A stretch of 64,000 nucleotides of DNA from Yuukianura sp. NJ FZ-2021 (Eukaryota), in the NCBI GenBank assembly GCA_046563655.1, contig CM102290.1, positions 7,130,001 through 7,194,000 of the forward strand, in the 5' to 3' direction. Numbering within the stretch: position 1 is the first letter of the stretch; each line of letters opens with the position of its first letter. Shown here in pieces: positions 47,765 to 61,618 of this stretch. A program made the translations under genes and the position numbers. The notes under the pieces are model-generated. The model worked only from the letters and a program-made list of their open reading frames with translations. It did not search any database and was not told where the DNA came from.

Positions 47765-50700
47765 ATGGAGAATTACGGTTTTGAAAACAACCAGACGATG
47801 GTTGAGTTTACAAGCAGCAGTGACTCTTCTGAGATGGCGGATGACCTCACGTCCAACATGACCTCCAGTGACACTTTCTACATTGAAATTGCGAATCCAG
47901 AAGAAATGAAGGATCCAGCACTTATCAATCCCTTCTTTTTCCATATCATCATTACACATACGATAACCTTTGTAGTGGGACTTCTCGGAAACATCTTTGT
48001 GGTAACCGTCATGGTGGGAGATCGCAAGAGTCGAAATGCTACCAACCTCTTTTTAGTCAGGTTAGATCAATTTTATTTTTAAATTGTTTAATTTTCAAAA
48101 AAAAATACATATTTAAGGTCACCACCGCTTTAAACTCATTTTCAACAAGAACATGGAAAGAGCCAAAAAAAATGTATTGTACTTTGATATTTACTGAATA
48201 AGTAAGCTAATAACATAAATTCTGGAAAACATGCCAATCATAAACTTGATCTTCTGTCGTTGCATGATTTCAGTTTGGCTGTGTCGGATTTGCTTCTCCT
48301 GTTACTCTGCGTTCCGTTGGAGACGCTTCAGTACTTTATGGTGCAATGGAACGAAGATGGCTTTGTTTGCAAAGTGACACGATACGTAGAACTCCTGTCG
48401 GCGGCTGCCAACGTTTTGACCCTGTGCGCTGTCAGTCTTGAAAGGTATTCAATATTTAAGGTTTGCCGCAAAAATATGACGTAAACTTTAATATTTGATA
48501 GAATAGATATTGTCAGTTTGGATTGACTTGGAAAAGAAGAAGTTTTGGTTGGAATTTGAAGTTAAAGTGAAAGCGTGAACTTTTGAGAATTTATTAATCC
48601 CGTTTAACTTTGAGTTGTGAAAGGTTTAGGATTGCTTCAAGTTGTTCTAACATCTAGTCCCTCCATTGTCTCTGTCACTTTCCAAGATGACACTCTAGTG
48701 GTCCAATTAAACGAAACTGAAAGAACAATTAATTCAAGTAGACTTAAAACCAAAGCAGAAGAGACCCATGAATAGTTTTAAGACTCCAGAAAAACAAAGA
48801 AAAAGTTTTACAAAAAAGTTTCGGACTGGAGTTCCACTTTCTTCCCTGCTTCCTTTAAAACTTATAAAAACTAAATCCAAGATAATGAAATTATTGTTCA
48901 AAACTCAAATTTTTAATTATCACCAACTTTGTTTTTTGAAAATTAAGAGACTCAAAAACTTTTAAGGTAAGAAGCAAATTCATTACAAACTTGTGCTATA
49001 CAGTCAATCCAAACAGCCTTTTTCCAATTTTCTGAAATGCCACTGCGCAAAAACAATGGCTTAAGTAGAGCAAAATATTTAGAGTGTTTTTTTTCAGAGT
49101 TTGAAAATGCTGCAGTTCTGCTCATGTAACGCCAAATGATGATTTGAGTTGAACTGAAATGTTTGGCTGTACAGACGATTGAATGTTCAATGTTTTCAAC
49201 AGGTTTATTGTGATTGTATTTCCGATGCGCTCCCGATCTCTGTGTACCATCACCAACTGTCGCCGTGTGATTTTTATTGTATGGATCATAGCCCTTCTAC
49301 TATCCACTCCCGTGATTCCAGCCAAGGTAATGTCACAGAGGTCATCAGACCACCACCGAAACGATTTAATATACTTCAACAACATATACTTCCTGAAAAT
49401 ATTTTAACAGTAGACTACTACTTTAAATTTACCGGCTATTTTCTAGGAATTGAGTAACACTCTTGCACAATTCCTCACTCAAAAAATACCTGTTTTGCAA
49501 ACTGGTTGAAAACTTGAAAAAAAAATTAGGCCTCTTTGAGTAGGTTTCAAGTGACTCAACCTCATTTGAGTGTCACTTACCCCTCCAAACCCAACTTCAA
49601 AATTTTTTAGCCCTTCTTTCTCCAGTTACTTCCCCCGAAATTAGATTGAGCGCCCGGAGATTAGAACGGACAGAAACCTATTCGGTGAATGTTTGACCCT
49701 ACTATGTGACTAGGGTTGACATCAGTATGCCACGGGTGACTTCAGTGAAAGCGGGATATCCTTTAACAAGTCATCTTCCATAGTCTATGTATCTCTCTGT
49801 GCCTCATTGAATTCCTAACTCCGTTTCTCTTGTTGAATTCAAGCGCTTACAGGGGAAACCCAAGGACAGCCACATCCTCTGACTTTCCCTTCCTGACTTC
49901 AATATGGCTGTTTTCATTTTCTTCTGCACGTACTCCAGCCCCCATTTTTGAAATCTCTACTGTTTCCTCCTCGTGGACTATAATTCACCAAAAATGTAAC
50001 AAAAACCAGGCGACATCCTCTACAGTTCCTTAGATTCATGACCTCAACCAACACATTCCACCACGACCCACCACCCACATGTCTTCTTTTGTCTCTAACC
50101 AAAAGATTCACAAATTGTCTCAGCGGGGTTTTACATCTCGGAAAACCTTTTAACTCTAATTTCCCATTTTCCCAAAAAAAACATCATTTGTTAAAAGATG
50201 GTTATGGGATTTCACTGGGTTTCCAAATTTTTATAAAGCACGCACTGAGAGTACTTACTTTTAGAGAAAAAAAAAGAGAAAGTCACGTTTGACCTTTTAG
50301 TGGCAGTAACGTCGCAATTTTAATGTCGGACTCCTAAAAAACTTAAGTAGGCTAAAACATAGTTTTTTAATTACTAAATTTATTTGAGCATACGCTTGAA
50401 TTAACTTCTCCAACACCTACCTGAATGAATACAGGAGAGGGCATTAAGAACTTTAGTTAGAATTTAGCTATTTAATGTCCTTCACACTTCTGCCTTGTTG
50501 GTGTTAAAAAGTGAATTTTTTTGTAGCTTTGGAAACTATGCCTTGGGAAATGCGAAAGTAAAAGTGAAATGAGTTTGAAAGGAAAAGTTTCCGTTTATTA
50601 CCCTCTTCTCTTCCAAAAAAGAAAGTTTCTACACGATGAACTTCCTTTATGAAGCCGTTAATTACTTTTTCCATCCATTTCTTATTTGTTTTAAAACCAC

Positions 50701-53700
50701 AAAATGAGGTCGGTTCACAGTCAGTGTCATTGACGTTTGGAATTTAAGCCTCTGGATCATCCCTTCTTCCAATCCTAAGCATAAAAGAATTTTTACCAAG
50801 GTTTTCATAATCCGCAGGGGTTTTCTGGAACCAGTCCAACGGAAATGGGTTTCAAAATAGTAGCTGCAGAAACTCTCTTTTTTTTAAGGTAGCAAGGTTT
50901 CCCTCTTTGTTGCATTTAAAATTACACAAAAATTTCCCTCTTAATTTTTGAGTAAGAATTGTTGCACAGACGGGGACGGGTTGAGGTTTTCGTTGATTCC
51001 TTCCAAATTAAGTTCCAAATTGTTGTCTTTTGACCGAAAAGAGCATACAGTGGATGTTGTTCATGTTCAGCCTAGAGAACCCAGAGCACAAAGATCTAGT
51101 CTCACATTGCCCCTATGTTTTAGCAAGTCGGTTGTGGGGAAAGCAAATGAAAAGCGACAGCGTTAGTTTTAGCCAGAGATGAACTTTGATACCAGGATTT
51201 AAATTAATTGGCGGTATTTTTTGATAACTAGAACAACTGTAAGCAGCACCCCGTAGATTCTTATAAGCTATCCGTTTGTAGAATCCCAATTTCTTCATCC
51301 CTCCGAGTTATATTACAATTGTCATGGTCTTAGAGCTGTCCTTTTCCAATTTTGTTTTCCTCGTAGGACTTTCTTTGTTCCTACAAACACCATTTCCTTT
51401 GAATCCTTTTCCGTAAACTTCGGGCTCTGTGCCTTAATCAAAACAAACTCCCGCCAAAACATGAGCTTTCTAATCTGTCACGTCATATTTATTGTCACGA
51501 CTTGGGATTTTTGTGTTCGTTTCAGAGTGGCTACAGTGTGATCTACCAAAACACGACTACTGGCGTATCAGTAAAGATTTTTTACTGCAAAGAAGAAAAG
51601 TCCGGTCTCCCGCTCGCCATTTACAAATTTATCATTTTGTTTGCTGCTCCCGCCATCTTGATGCTGATTTGCTACACCTACGTCATTCGTGAACTGTGGC
51701 GATCGACGCGCAACATCAACCTTCTCACCAATGCCAAAAGGCAAGTCACTCTTTAACTTTATAGCAAACTTCATCACCCTCCTCATTTAATTTGAAAAGT
51801 TTTGGCATCATACACCTGTAGGGGGAGCGGGAAATTCCAACTTGTTGCAAATTTCGACCGAAGTTTGCCAAAAGTTAAATAGGAGAGACTCACCCCAGAG
51901 ATAGAAAGTGAAAAAGTCATTTTCTGCTGGATTCGAATTTAGTAGACCCCTGCTGACGCTAGATTTTCAAAAAATTGTAAATTTGTAGATAAGAGTTATA
52001 TACATCACAGCAGACCATTTAAAAAAAAAGAATTTGGAAAACGCGGCTGTTTTTGAAAGTGAGAATGGGAATTAGATGTAAAGTGGTGCAAGTTAGGATG
52101 CTTCGTGGCGAAGATTAAAATATGGAAATCGAAAGTGAAAGCTCAGAAGAATCCTTTAGTGAAGGCAAGATTTTTCTTGACGATGAAAAGGAAGTGACAT
52201 GATGATGAGGAATATACGTCAGCTCCTTTCAATTTAAAACAGCAAAGCTATTCTCCCAGAGTTGTTTTTTTTTTGTCCGATTTTTTTTTATATAAAATTT
52301 TGAAGTTTCTTAGAGAGATATGTGCTAACTGCTTTGCTACGTCATTTTGCGGTTCCTTTCAGAAAATGTGGCTAGAGGTTGAGAAAGGATTTCTGTTCTT
52401 CAAAACAGAAATCCCTTTGCCTTTGTAGTTTGTGGAGAATGTTACACTATTTAAAGAATTCACTTTCCACCAAGCCCGCTTTTCCAAATTTTCTTTTAAA
52501 TTCCCTCACCTTGTGTTCCGCCATGTTCAGGTTTGAATTGAACCCGCGCTAACTTACATGACATCTAACAAATGGTGAGTCGCGCGTGTCATCTTATTGT
52601 GCAATTTTTCCAAGATAGAGCAAGAGTCAAAGGTAAAGGCGAGTGAGGCAGAACAAATTTAAATAAGGTTTTACTGGAGAAAAGGAGGATAACCAAAACA
52701 AAAGTAGGATCAGCTCATCTTCCGGCTTGATTTTGCAGTTTCTCCAAATCCGGAATACTAAATGCATTTTCGTAGAATATTTTCTAACTAAAAAGTATTT
52801 TATGTGAAAAACATTTCAGGCCTGGTCTTGAGAAGGTTACAAATTAGTAAGTAGGTTTCTAAACAAAAAATTAATAAACTTATTAATTATGCTATTATGT
52901 AGTACGGAAGTTAGCAGGAACTCCACTATCTACTTAAGTTCGCATCCCTTTGAACTTTCCCGTTTACTGTAACTTCATTTAAATTGAATTATATAATAAT
53001 CTTGAAGAACTCGGCATTCATTTTTCTGCAGTAGTTTCCGCTGTTTACTATATCTTTTCTTCCAAAAGTTTTTCCGGTTCTCTCTGTTTAAAAATTAGTA
53101 GTTTCAAACGAACCACGAAGTAGAACACAGAGCCTCGGTTCTATTTACTTTGTTTTAAAAATGAACAGTTGGGCATTAGCGTCTATTGTTTATTCCAAAC
53201 TGCCACTGAATCTACTAATGCCCTGTAAACAATTAGTTAATGCTGACTAATTACAACGCAAAATGCAGTTCCGAGCTATAAGCATTTGCTAGGTAAAGAG
53301 AATGAACAAAACAGAAAAACATTAATTCAACGATTTTAAGTAGAAAGTATTAAAATAAAAGCAACTCTTTATTAAACATGAGCTTAACAAATGACAAACA
53401 TTTGTTAGCTGCTGCTCAGATTCAAGAAAAACCGTCTGCAATGGAAATAGTTGTGACTAGAGAAAGTATTTTTTAAACCAAAAAGATTTACAAATTGTTC
53501 TAAAAGGCCTCCGAATTCAACGAAAAGAAAAACGACCACTTTCCAAAAAAAAAAAGCAACAAAATATTTTACTTGAAAGTCGCCATCTTTATTCAAAGTT
53601 GCTAAATCCAGCGAAAGCCAGCTTGCCGTTTGTCCTCTTGGGTTTTAAGTGTTGGAAACTTGAGAACGCGAAAATTTATACAAACAAGGTTCTAAAAAAT

Positions 53701-56700
53701 TTTATTTACAACAAAATATGTTTAGTTTATTTTTACCACAAGCCGACCTATGTCGGACTGGCTCTTGAGAGAGCAAGTGGAGGTTCTTGAAAAATGTGAG
53801 ACTTTTTCTATTAAAAATAAAGCCGTTTCAAAAGCAAGAGATGATTTGATTTTTTGAATCCTTTGAAATGCAAAGTGATTTTGAAGCAGAAAAGGTTATT
53901 TGAGATTCAAAATATGGGAATTTGCACCCAGAATCCTTGTAGGGCCATATTTATTAGCATAATTCCCGGCCTAAACGGAATTCTTGTAAAATATATGTTC
54001 CTGTGTATAATTTCCATAAAATCGATTATTGCTCAGACTTGAGATGGAGAAAAAAACAGGTATTCGACATTTTCGAGGTTTCGGTAGAGGTTTAAACAGG
54101 ATGCACTTTTATCTTGTTACGGGGTTCAAACGGTTTAAAACAGTTTAAAATCAAATTTATATGTCCCAGAAACAGGGTAAAGTTGTTTTAAATCAAATGT
54201 TTTTAATTGGTGTTTAAAACATGTTTAAAACACTTGTTTAAAACAAGGGCAAATATTTGATTTAAAACAAAATGAAAAAACCCCTAAAAATTCGGAAAAT
54301 GCCGAGAAAATGTTACCGGAAACGGGTTTGGGGTGGCTTTTATCGGAATTACAAAACCAAAAACGTTTGACATTGTGTTAATAGACACAAGTCTTTTCGT
54401 TAACGACATTCTTATACTCATTCCGTGTCATAAAACGGGCACTTTTCGACTAATCTGGGCTTGCGCGGGCTCTGGTCAATCGTGAAATAAAGAAATTAAA
54501 AAAAAACGTTTTAAACAAAGACAACATGTTTTAAACAAAAAAAAACACGTGTTTTGTTTTTTTTTAATTTTGAACATGTTTTTTTTAAACCCTGCCCAGA
54601 AACCACATTTGATTTAAGGATATCCTCCTCCGACGATAGTTACATAACAATAAGTGGAGCAGGAATTTTGTATATGATAAAATCAAGCAGAGGGGTGGTT
54701 GTTCCTAGATGTAATACAACATTTATTATGTAAATCTGTAGTTTCCATGGAGCCCCGAGACTCGCTACTGTCGTAGAAACTAAGGGAAGCGTCACCAATA
54801 CCGGGACGGCAACTCCAACTACGGCAACTACGTTGACACCAACACCAACCCAACAAACTCCAGTCGCCGCCAATTCAAGTCGACTCAACAAGGCATCTAG
54901 ACCTACGGCTAATGGAAATGAATTGGAGGTGCCGAAGGGTCCAGGTCCAGCACTCCGGTCAGCTTCATCTTCCGTTTCGGCTCGCCAAAAGCTTTTGCAT
55001 CAGTCACGAGTTAACAAGGGAGACGATGCCAAGAAGGCTCGGAAGCAGGTATGGGAGTCTGCTCTGTATTTCCAAAAACGTAAAAAAAACAACGCAGAAA
55101 ACAAAACACGGTGAACGGAGAAAGCGACAAATCCAGGCTTATAAATAATTCGCACTTTCCCGCGGACGTCCATGAATTTGGGTTTAGGTGAAAGCAGTAT
55201 TCAGTTCAAATGACCACAAGTCAGTGGTGGACCATCGTATTCACTTTCCGTCGTCCATTTGAACTTCATTTGCTTTTGGTTAGGTTTCTTGTTTCCCCGC
55301 CATTCCTGGCAGCACACTTTGTCCAAAAAGACACATAATTAAATGAAGCATCGTACAGATGTGGACGAATCTGGGGAATGTCACTTTCACTTCCTTTGGA
55401 ACACAGGGACTGACAGAGTCCTTTCTGCTTCAAATTCTGTTTTAGACGAAACAGATTCTTTTTCCCTATGGGAGCACGTTAGGTTTTCTCTTGTCTTAGT
55501 TTAATATTCTACTGGAAATTCCAGTACCGACATTGCACGCTTTTTTCTCTGTTCAAATAGGTTGCAATCGTAATGGCTTCTGGCTATTGGCAACACACAA
55601 TTCGGAGACATATGAATCCTAGTGCCCATTTCTTGGTTTGTGAATTCATAACATTTGAACCGAAGCCAAGAGTTTGAGTGGGATAAGGAAACAAAAAAAA
55701 ATTCCTTGAGAATTTGTTTAGATTTGAACAGAAATATGTTTCTAAAAAGTTCAAATCTGATTCATGCTGAAAATTTTGAAATCCTTATATCTTTTTAAGG
55801 CTGACTGGTCTTAAGTAGTTGCAGTTGCTTTAGGAAAAACAAATGTAAAGTCTGAATTGTATGAGTTTGGATTAAAGAAGATTGGTGTATTTGAAGACGA
55901 TGACTTTCCCTTCTAAATGACAACCATTTTCCTATCCCTTGTGAGATTCCTTCAATCCAGGGTTATCCGATCTCCCACAACCCACGACACTTCACGGAAT
56001 TCAGACAGAATTGCACATAGGGATTGCTAAAATGTCGTTTCGAGAAAATTTTAATTTAAGAGTTGCTTAGTCTATTCAAAAAGCGAATCTAAATCTCGCT
56101 AAATTTTTGGTAAAGCTGACAATTATGGACGACGAAAAAAAAGGGCTATACTAGGTGGGGCTCATAGCGTCGGCGCTGTGTCAGCAATGATCATTGCTGA
56201 CATTTTTAACTTCTTCCTTGAATGTTACATAAGCTTTCAAAACTAGGAAAAAAGTTTTAGCAAGCTTATTTTCAGGAATATTTTAGTTTCTCCATTTTTT
56301 GTGTTAATAAATGTAACACTTGAACTTGTAAGAAGTATAGTCAAGTATTATAAAATTACCATATACCAGGACTGATTAACAATTTCTTGTCCACTTAAAG
56401 TTAGGTAATCATTGGACGAATATCCGTTTTAAGTTATACCACATTCAAAATACGTGTTGGATTTTGGTTACCCAACGCCTCTCCCCAGTGGGTTTTTCCA
56501 ACATACTGGAATTAGTTTTACTTTCCCCTGCAAACACAAGCCATTGCGAGCTCAGTTTTATTTGACGATGGGCGGTGGAGGAAGAAAATTAAAGTTTCTT
56601 TTGGTTCCAATGACCTCTGCTTTATATTTCCACAATGTCAAAGTTTAGATTGCGTTGTCTGCTCCATCTTCAATGAATCTTCATTGTTGCATCTTCATGA

Positions 56701-57475
56701 AAAATAAATGCTTTTGGCAATATAGCAAATGAGAAGTGACACAGAATTTAATTAAATCTATTATTATGAGGACATAACGCAGGAAAGTCAGAGCGGTGCA
56801 GCAATTAGTTAAAACAAACACATCGATTGATGAGAAAAAGTTGTTTGGCTGACTTCATAATTTCAATAAGGAAATGCGCTGAGATTTTAAAATTTTAATT
56901 TTGATCTTCAAATTACAGGTAATCAAGATGCTGATTTTGGTGATTCTGCTCTTTCTTGTATGCTGGGGACCAAAACTATTTTTTCCCATTGGACTGGAAA
57001 TTGCTAGCGTGTACAAATTGACCTATTTTACACAAGAGCTCTACCTGATTCGCGTCATGTTTCACCTCATTCCCTTTGTCCATTCTTGCATCAATCCCAT
57101 CATATACTCCGCAATGAGGTACATTTTACACATGAAAAACTTTGTTTTTTTTGAAAATGAGATTTCAATTTTAAAAATATCGAAGAATTCTATTTTGAAA
57201 TTCTAGAGTTTACTTATTCTCGTTTCTGTTTGTGCAGTAAAAACTTCCGACGGTCAACGCAGCGTCAAGTGCATCGAGTCTGCGTGTTCTGTGGATGCAT
57301 GAAATGCTGGTCATGGAAATGTGGGCACCAAAGTCGCAGCAGCATTCCGCTGCGACCTACCCGCACCAGGTCAACAATGCATGGAGTAGACTCCTCACTG
57401 TACTCAAACAACTACTGTCAACTGTCAGAAGGAACTACGCGTCACACAGAACTAGAATGTGTGTCAGCCATGTGA
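47765..57475 (+). CDS. Rhodopsin-class neuropeptide-type GPCR (CCK/QRFP/orexin-like features; ligand not assignable from sequence)
   Basis: Exons 47765-48060, 48274-48444, 49203-49326, 51526-51740, 54742-55048, 56919-57118, 57238-57475. TM1 GLLGN, TM2 TNLFLVSLAVSD, TM3 CK..SLERF, TM4 W, TM6 RKQVIKML..FLVCWGP, TM7 HSCINPIIY, helix 8 SKNFRR, Cys-rich tail. Confidence 0.93.
54173..54594. mobile_element. hAT-type MITE in a GPCR intron
   Basis: CAGGGT...ACCCTG termini. Perfect 8-bp TSD CCCAGAAA at 54165-54172 and 54595-54602. Subterminal TTTAAAAC/GTTTTAAA arrays. Confidence 0.88.
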
Positions 57476-58588
57476 GTTGTGTCCACAAAGGTCAAAGGTC
57501 ACACCAACCGCTACCCCTCGTTGTCCGACAATATTTCCGAAATTTTGAAAGGACACTTAAAATGACCAGGACCAGAGTGAATGCTTTGTCGTTTTCAGAT
57601 TGTTCAAAGTCAAAGTGAAAGTTGTGGGTGCGAGTGTTTCTCCTTGTCACTTGACCTTTTAATTGTCAATTGTCAAAGTATTTATCATCTTCTCATGTAA
57701 AAAAAGCTTTAAAAGCGTAACTAAATGTCAACCTATGCTTTTTGTTTGAAAACTAGGTATAGATTATGGGTGCCAAGAACATAAGATTTAAGGCGTCTCT
57801 CTTATTTCGTTTGTAATCTCTGGTTACATGCATAATAAATTATGTTGAACGGAGTATAGACATGTCACGGCTAATTGAGCCGCGTCGACAACTTTTACCA
57901 CCGAAAACCCTCTCTGGTCTAACGTAAATTATCTGCCACCAACCTACTCAAATGTCACTCTGTCATACATTTTAGTAGAAAAACCTAACGAACCTTGGTT
58001 GTGGAAGTATTTGTCAGGTCAGCAGTGAACCTCAGTGAGGAAGTCCTTAATTTTTTACGAATTTGAGGAAGTTCAGATACATTAGGTTAACCCGATTTTG
58101 TTCGAATTGTCATACTGTTTTCGTAAATTCAGAAAATATTGGGTTCACCAATTCACCAATGTCCATAAATTGGTAAATCTCGGGTTTTTCAGGGTTTCAA
58201 GTCCGGGTCATGAAATGTCAGTCTGCGAGTACTTTATGTGTCCTTCATGAGGACTTCCTGGAAGGAAAGCATGGGTGGAGAGGATATTCTTTGTCCTGCG
58301 AAGTGTAACATGAGCTTTCTCGGACTTGTGGACTCTTTGTGTAAGTCATAAACCATTAAGTGTGGGGGGCAGAGGGGGGACGGGGGTGTTCTGAATGTGT
58401 TTTGGGCTGGGAACAGAGGTGATTCCGGGCGTCTTATCTTAACGCCTCCATTGTTTCACCCTCCAACTAAAACTAATTGTCCAACCGATCCTCAAGCAAC
58501 TAGTGTCAAGGGAAAGATAGACGCTGGATCTACCTAATGTAGACGTTCTGCCTCTGCTTTTAGTCTTTTCAAGACAGAATTCTATATA

Positions 58589-59425
58589 CCGTATTTTCCC
58601 AAATAGTACACCTGGTGTACTAATTTTGTTTTCGACTTCTGGGGGTGGTGTACTATTAGGGACCTGGTGTATTATTAGAGACGGTGTACTAATTAATTTT
58701 TTAAGAATGAGGATTTTATTCTTAACTAAAACGTTTAGGAATCAGAAGAAAATAATTTCTAAATTACTAAAAACTACTCCACTTCGTTTTCAGAATCCGT
58801 ATCCACAGTGTCCAACTCGTATTCTTCTTCTCCACTTGAGTCAATTAACACAGTTTTCAACCAGTCACAGGTCAGATCATCGTTCATCCAACCATTTGAA
58901 CTGCTACGAATTACGATCCCAGTTTCAGTTGGAAGCTTCGCTACCTCTCGAATTCCCTGTTTGAAAACGATGAATGGTTTCAGCTTTGTTCCGTCACCTT
59001 TGGCCGCTAGAAGTTCATGGACCATGTCCGAATACTCTGTCGATCAATGTTGGATTCTTTAGCAGCTGCAGAAATTGATTTATCCTTGGCCAATTTCAAC
59101 ACTTTCAATTTGAACTCCAGGTCAAATGATCTTTTTTTGTTGGGAGACATTTTAAGTAAGAATACGAATATTAAGTGAAACAATTTGGAGAGAAGTAACG
59201 TGGAGATAAACACAACAAATGAAGAGCTATAATATTACTAGCTCAACTACCTTCTCCGGGTGTTATACTCCTAATGCTACAATACCAAAGACCCTGGTGT
59301 ACTATTAGAGACCTGGTGTACTATTTGGGACGGTGTACTAATTAATTTTTCGGCCCCTGGACCTGGTGTACTATTAGGGACCTGGTGTACTATTTAGGTA
59401 TGGTGTACTATTAGGGAAAATACGG
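58589..59425 (-). mobile_element. Internally deleted pogo/Tigger-like DNA transposon
   Basis: TA-flanked TIRs CCGTATTTTCCCAAATAGTACACC and GGTGTACTATTAGGGAAAATACGG, with subterminal GGTGTACTA repeats. Remnants of an N-terminal HTH (MSPNKKRSFDLEFKLKVL...IDRQSIRTW, ATG 59150), a DDE-domain fragment (DGTKLKPFIVFK..GWMNDD...WL) in another frame, and an acidic tail. Confidence 0.93.
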
Positions 59426-61618
59426 TAGACTAAACTCCGAATCGCTGCTCTTGACCTTATGCGTCTGTCACCACTGGGCTTTGCTAAGAAATGCGAAACG
59501 AACAAAACGCAAAGGAAAAAAAATGAAATGTAAACAAAAATCATTTCCTTGTCATCTTAATATCACTCAACTGACCATTACGCGATTTGTTTATGTTCCA
59601 CTACTATACTTTTCAAGTCTGAAGAATACTAAATTACTGTCCTCCTAAAGAATCATCCGAGACGCCAAAAACAATAGATTTAGCGCGGCTCTCTGTTAAA
59701 GATGGGACTGGAATTTAACCACTGGAATTCAACTACTGTATTGACCATCAGAAAATCAAAATTATGTGCTGTAGTTCAAATTTTTTGGGAATTGGAAACT
59801 GTAAACCCAAATTTGAATCGATTCATTTTGTTTAATAAGAAAAAAATTTTCGACATAATTGAAACCTATAAATGCTGGAGAAATCAATATTTTTCCCAAA
59901 AAAAATCTTTTAGTGGGAAAGAAATTAAATGTGCCTGCGATGTCTGCCCATTTTATGGCTTCTTCAATAATTTCATTCTAATGAACAACTTTCATTAACC
60001 TAACTTTCATTGGTCATAGTCGGTATTCAATTCATGCTATGGTGCAAGTGTCTAAAAATTTAATAATAGTATATACTAAAGTACTTATAACTTAAGGACA
60101 TAGCACAGGTTACAACATAACACAGCGCCGGGAACAATTGAATCAAAGCAGCCAAGTTATCTAATAGTCAACCTTCAACACGAACTTGAGGCGGCAGCAT
60201 TTCGCCAAAAGGAAACCGACCTCCTTGTCTTTCGCATAATTTAAAAACAAAAATTTCGCACAAACACAATTACAGTTAAAAATCTATGTGTAGATATATT
60301 TTCCAAACGATCGGAATGACTTTTAGAACATTTTTAGAACACGAAGGGAGATGCACCAAGGGGACCTGGAGGGTGGACTTTGGGCTTAACGTCGTCCTAT
60401 CCATGTCGACGACTGTTAGTTTACCTCCATGTCAACATGATCTCTGTGGGTAGGCTCAAGGGTGGGCTTCCCAGGCGTCATTTCTTAAAAAATGTTAAAC
60501 ATGATGGTAGAATGCGTCAACTTTTTAGTTAAAAAGGGACTCAAGTCTTGGACGCAGTGTCATTGAGTCTGGTGACACTGGCTGTGTTGGACATGTGATG
60601 TCCTAGGTCAAACAGTTGAGATTTGGAAACTGCTTGACCCTGTATGTCACAACGTCGAACACTGTTATCCTCGTCAGGAAATAAGCAGAGAAGTAGAGGT
60701 TAAGTGGTTCCGTAACACTTAAGTACAGCTACAGGTTTTGGCTGATGTGCGTCACAAGCAGCCTTGTTTTGTGATGACCCTGACGTAGTCGCTAAATTCT
60801 GAAAGACTCAGTGACTCGTCCCGCGTTATCACAAAATCAAAACTGCTCTAATTCCATCAACGCATGCGGGACTGTGGGCACGGAACATGCGTCAACACAG
60901 GTCACGTTGCACTGTCTGAGGGTAAGTATAAAAATAGTGAAAGCTCGTTTTCGAACCTAAACAATTTTATTTTCGACTATTTTTGTTCACAATTAAAGCA
61001 GCAGGAACGCTCTAGGCTTATTCAACACTTTCGCTCTAAAGTATTTTCAAGAATTTTGAGCTTTTCAAACTTTCACTGCGACTTTCTCCGTTTTGAATAC
61101 AAAGAGAGCATCATTAGGGAATAGGGATAATTTGATACCGTTTTGCAAAGTCAGCGCCCAAAAGAATAATAAGCCAAGTAGCTCGGCCTAAACCAAGACT
61201 TTTCATTCTGTTGGAAACTTTTTTTTGGCACAGCTTGTTCCCCTTAAGATCTCAGAATCTGCGGCTAGTTACCTCATAAATTTTTATAGACTTTCTTCCT
61301 AACCCTGCTACCACTTCAATGAAACCCTGAAAAAGCTGTTCAAATTTCTTACAAAAGCCAAAAAGATTTTACACTTTGATAAACGTCTAGACTCGCAAGA
61401 TTTACCAAAATAACTTTTCCCTTTGTCTAAAACAGTTTGGTAGGATTAAATTTTCATTGATTTACTCCCGTTTTTTTCAATAGTCCAAATGTAATAGAAG
61501 GCCAAATTCTGAAGGCTTTCTTTTTTAAAGACGATAAATGGCATATTGAATTTCGAAGAACTTTTTCTTTACGGAAGAAGTTGTTTTAGATTTGTACTCA
61601 TAAATAATCCTTTCGTCT

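Noticed and set aside
58361..58412. G-rich tract with G-quadruplex potential downstream of the GPCR
   Set aside because: A single isolated tract with no supporting context.
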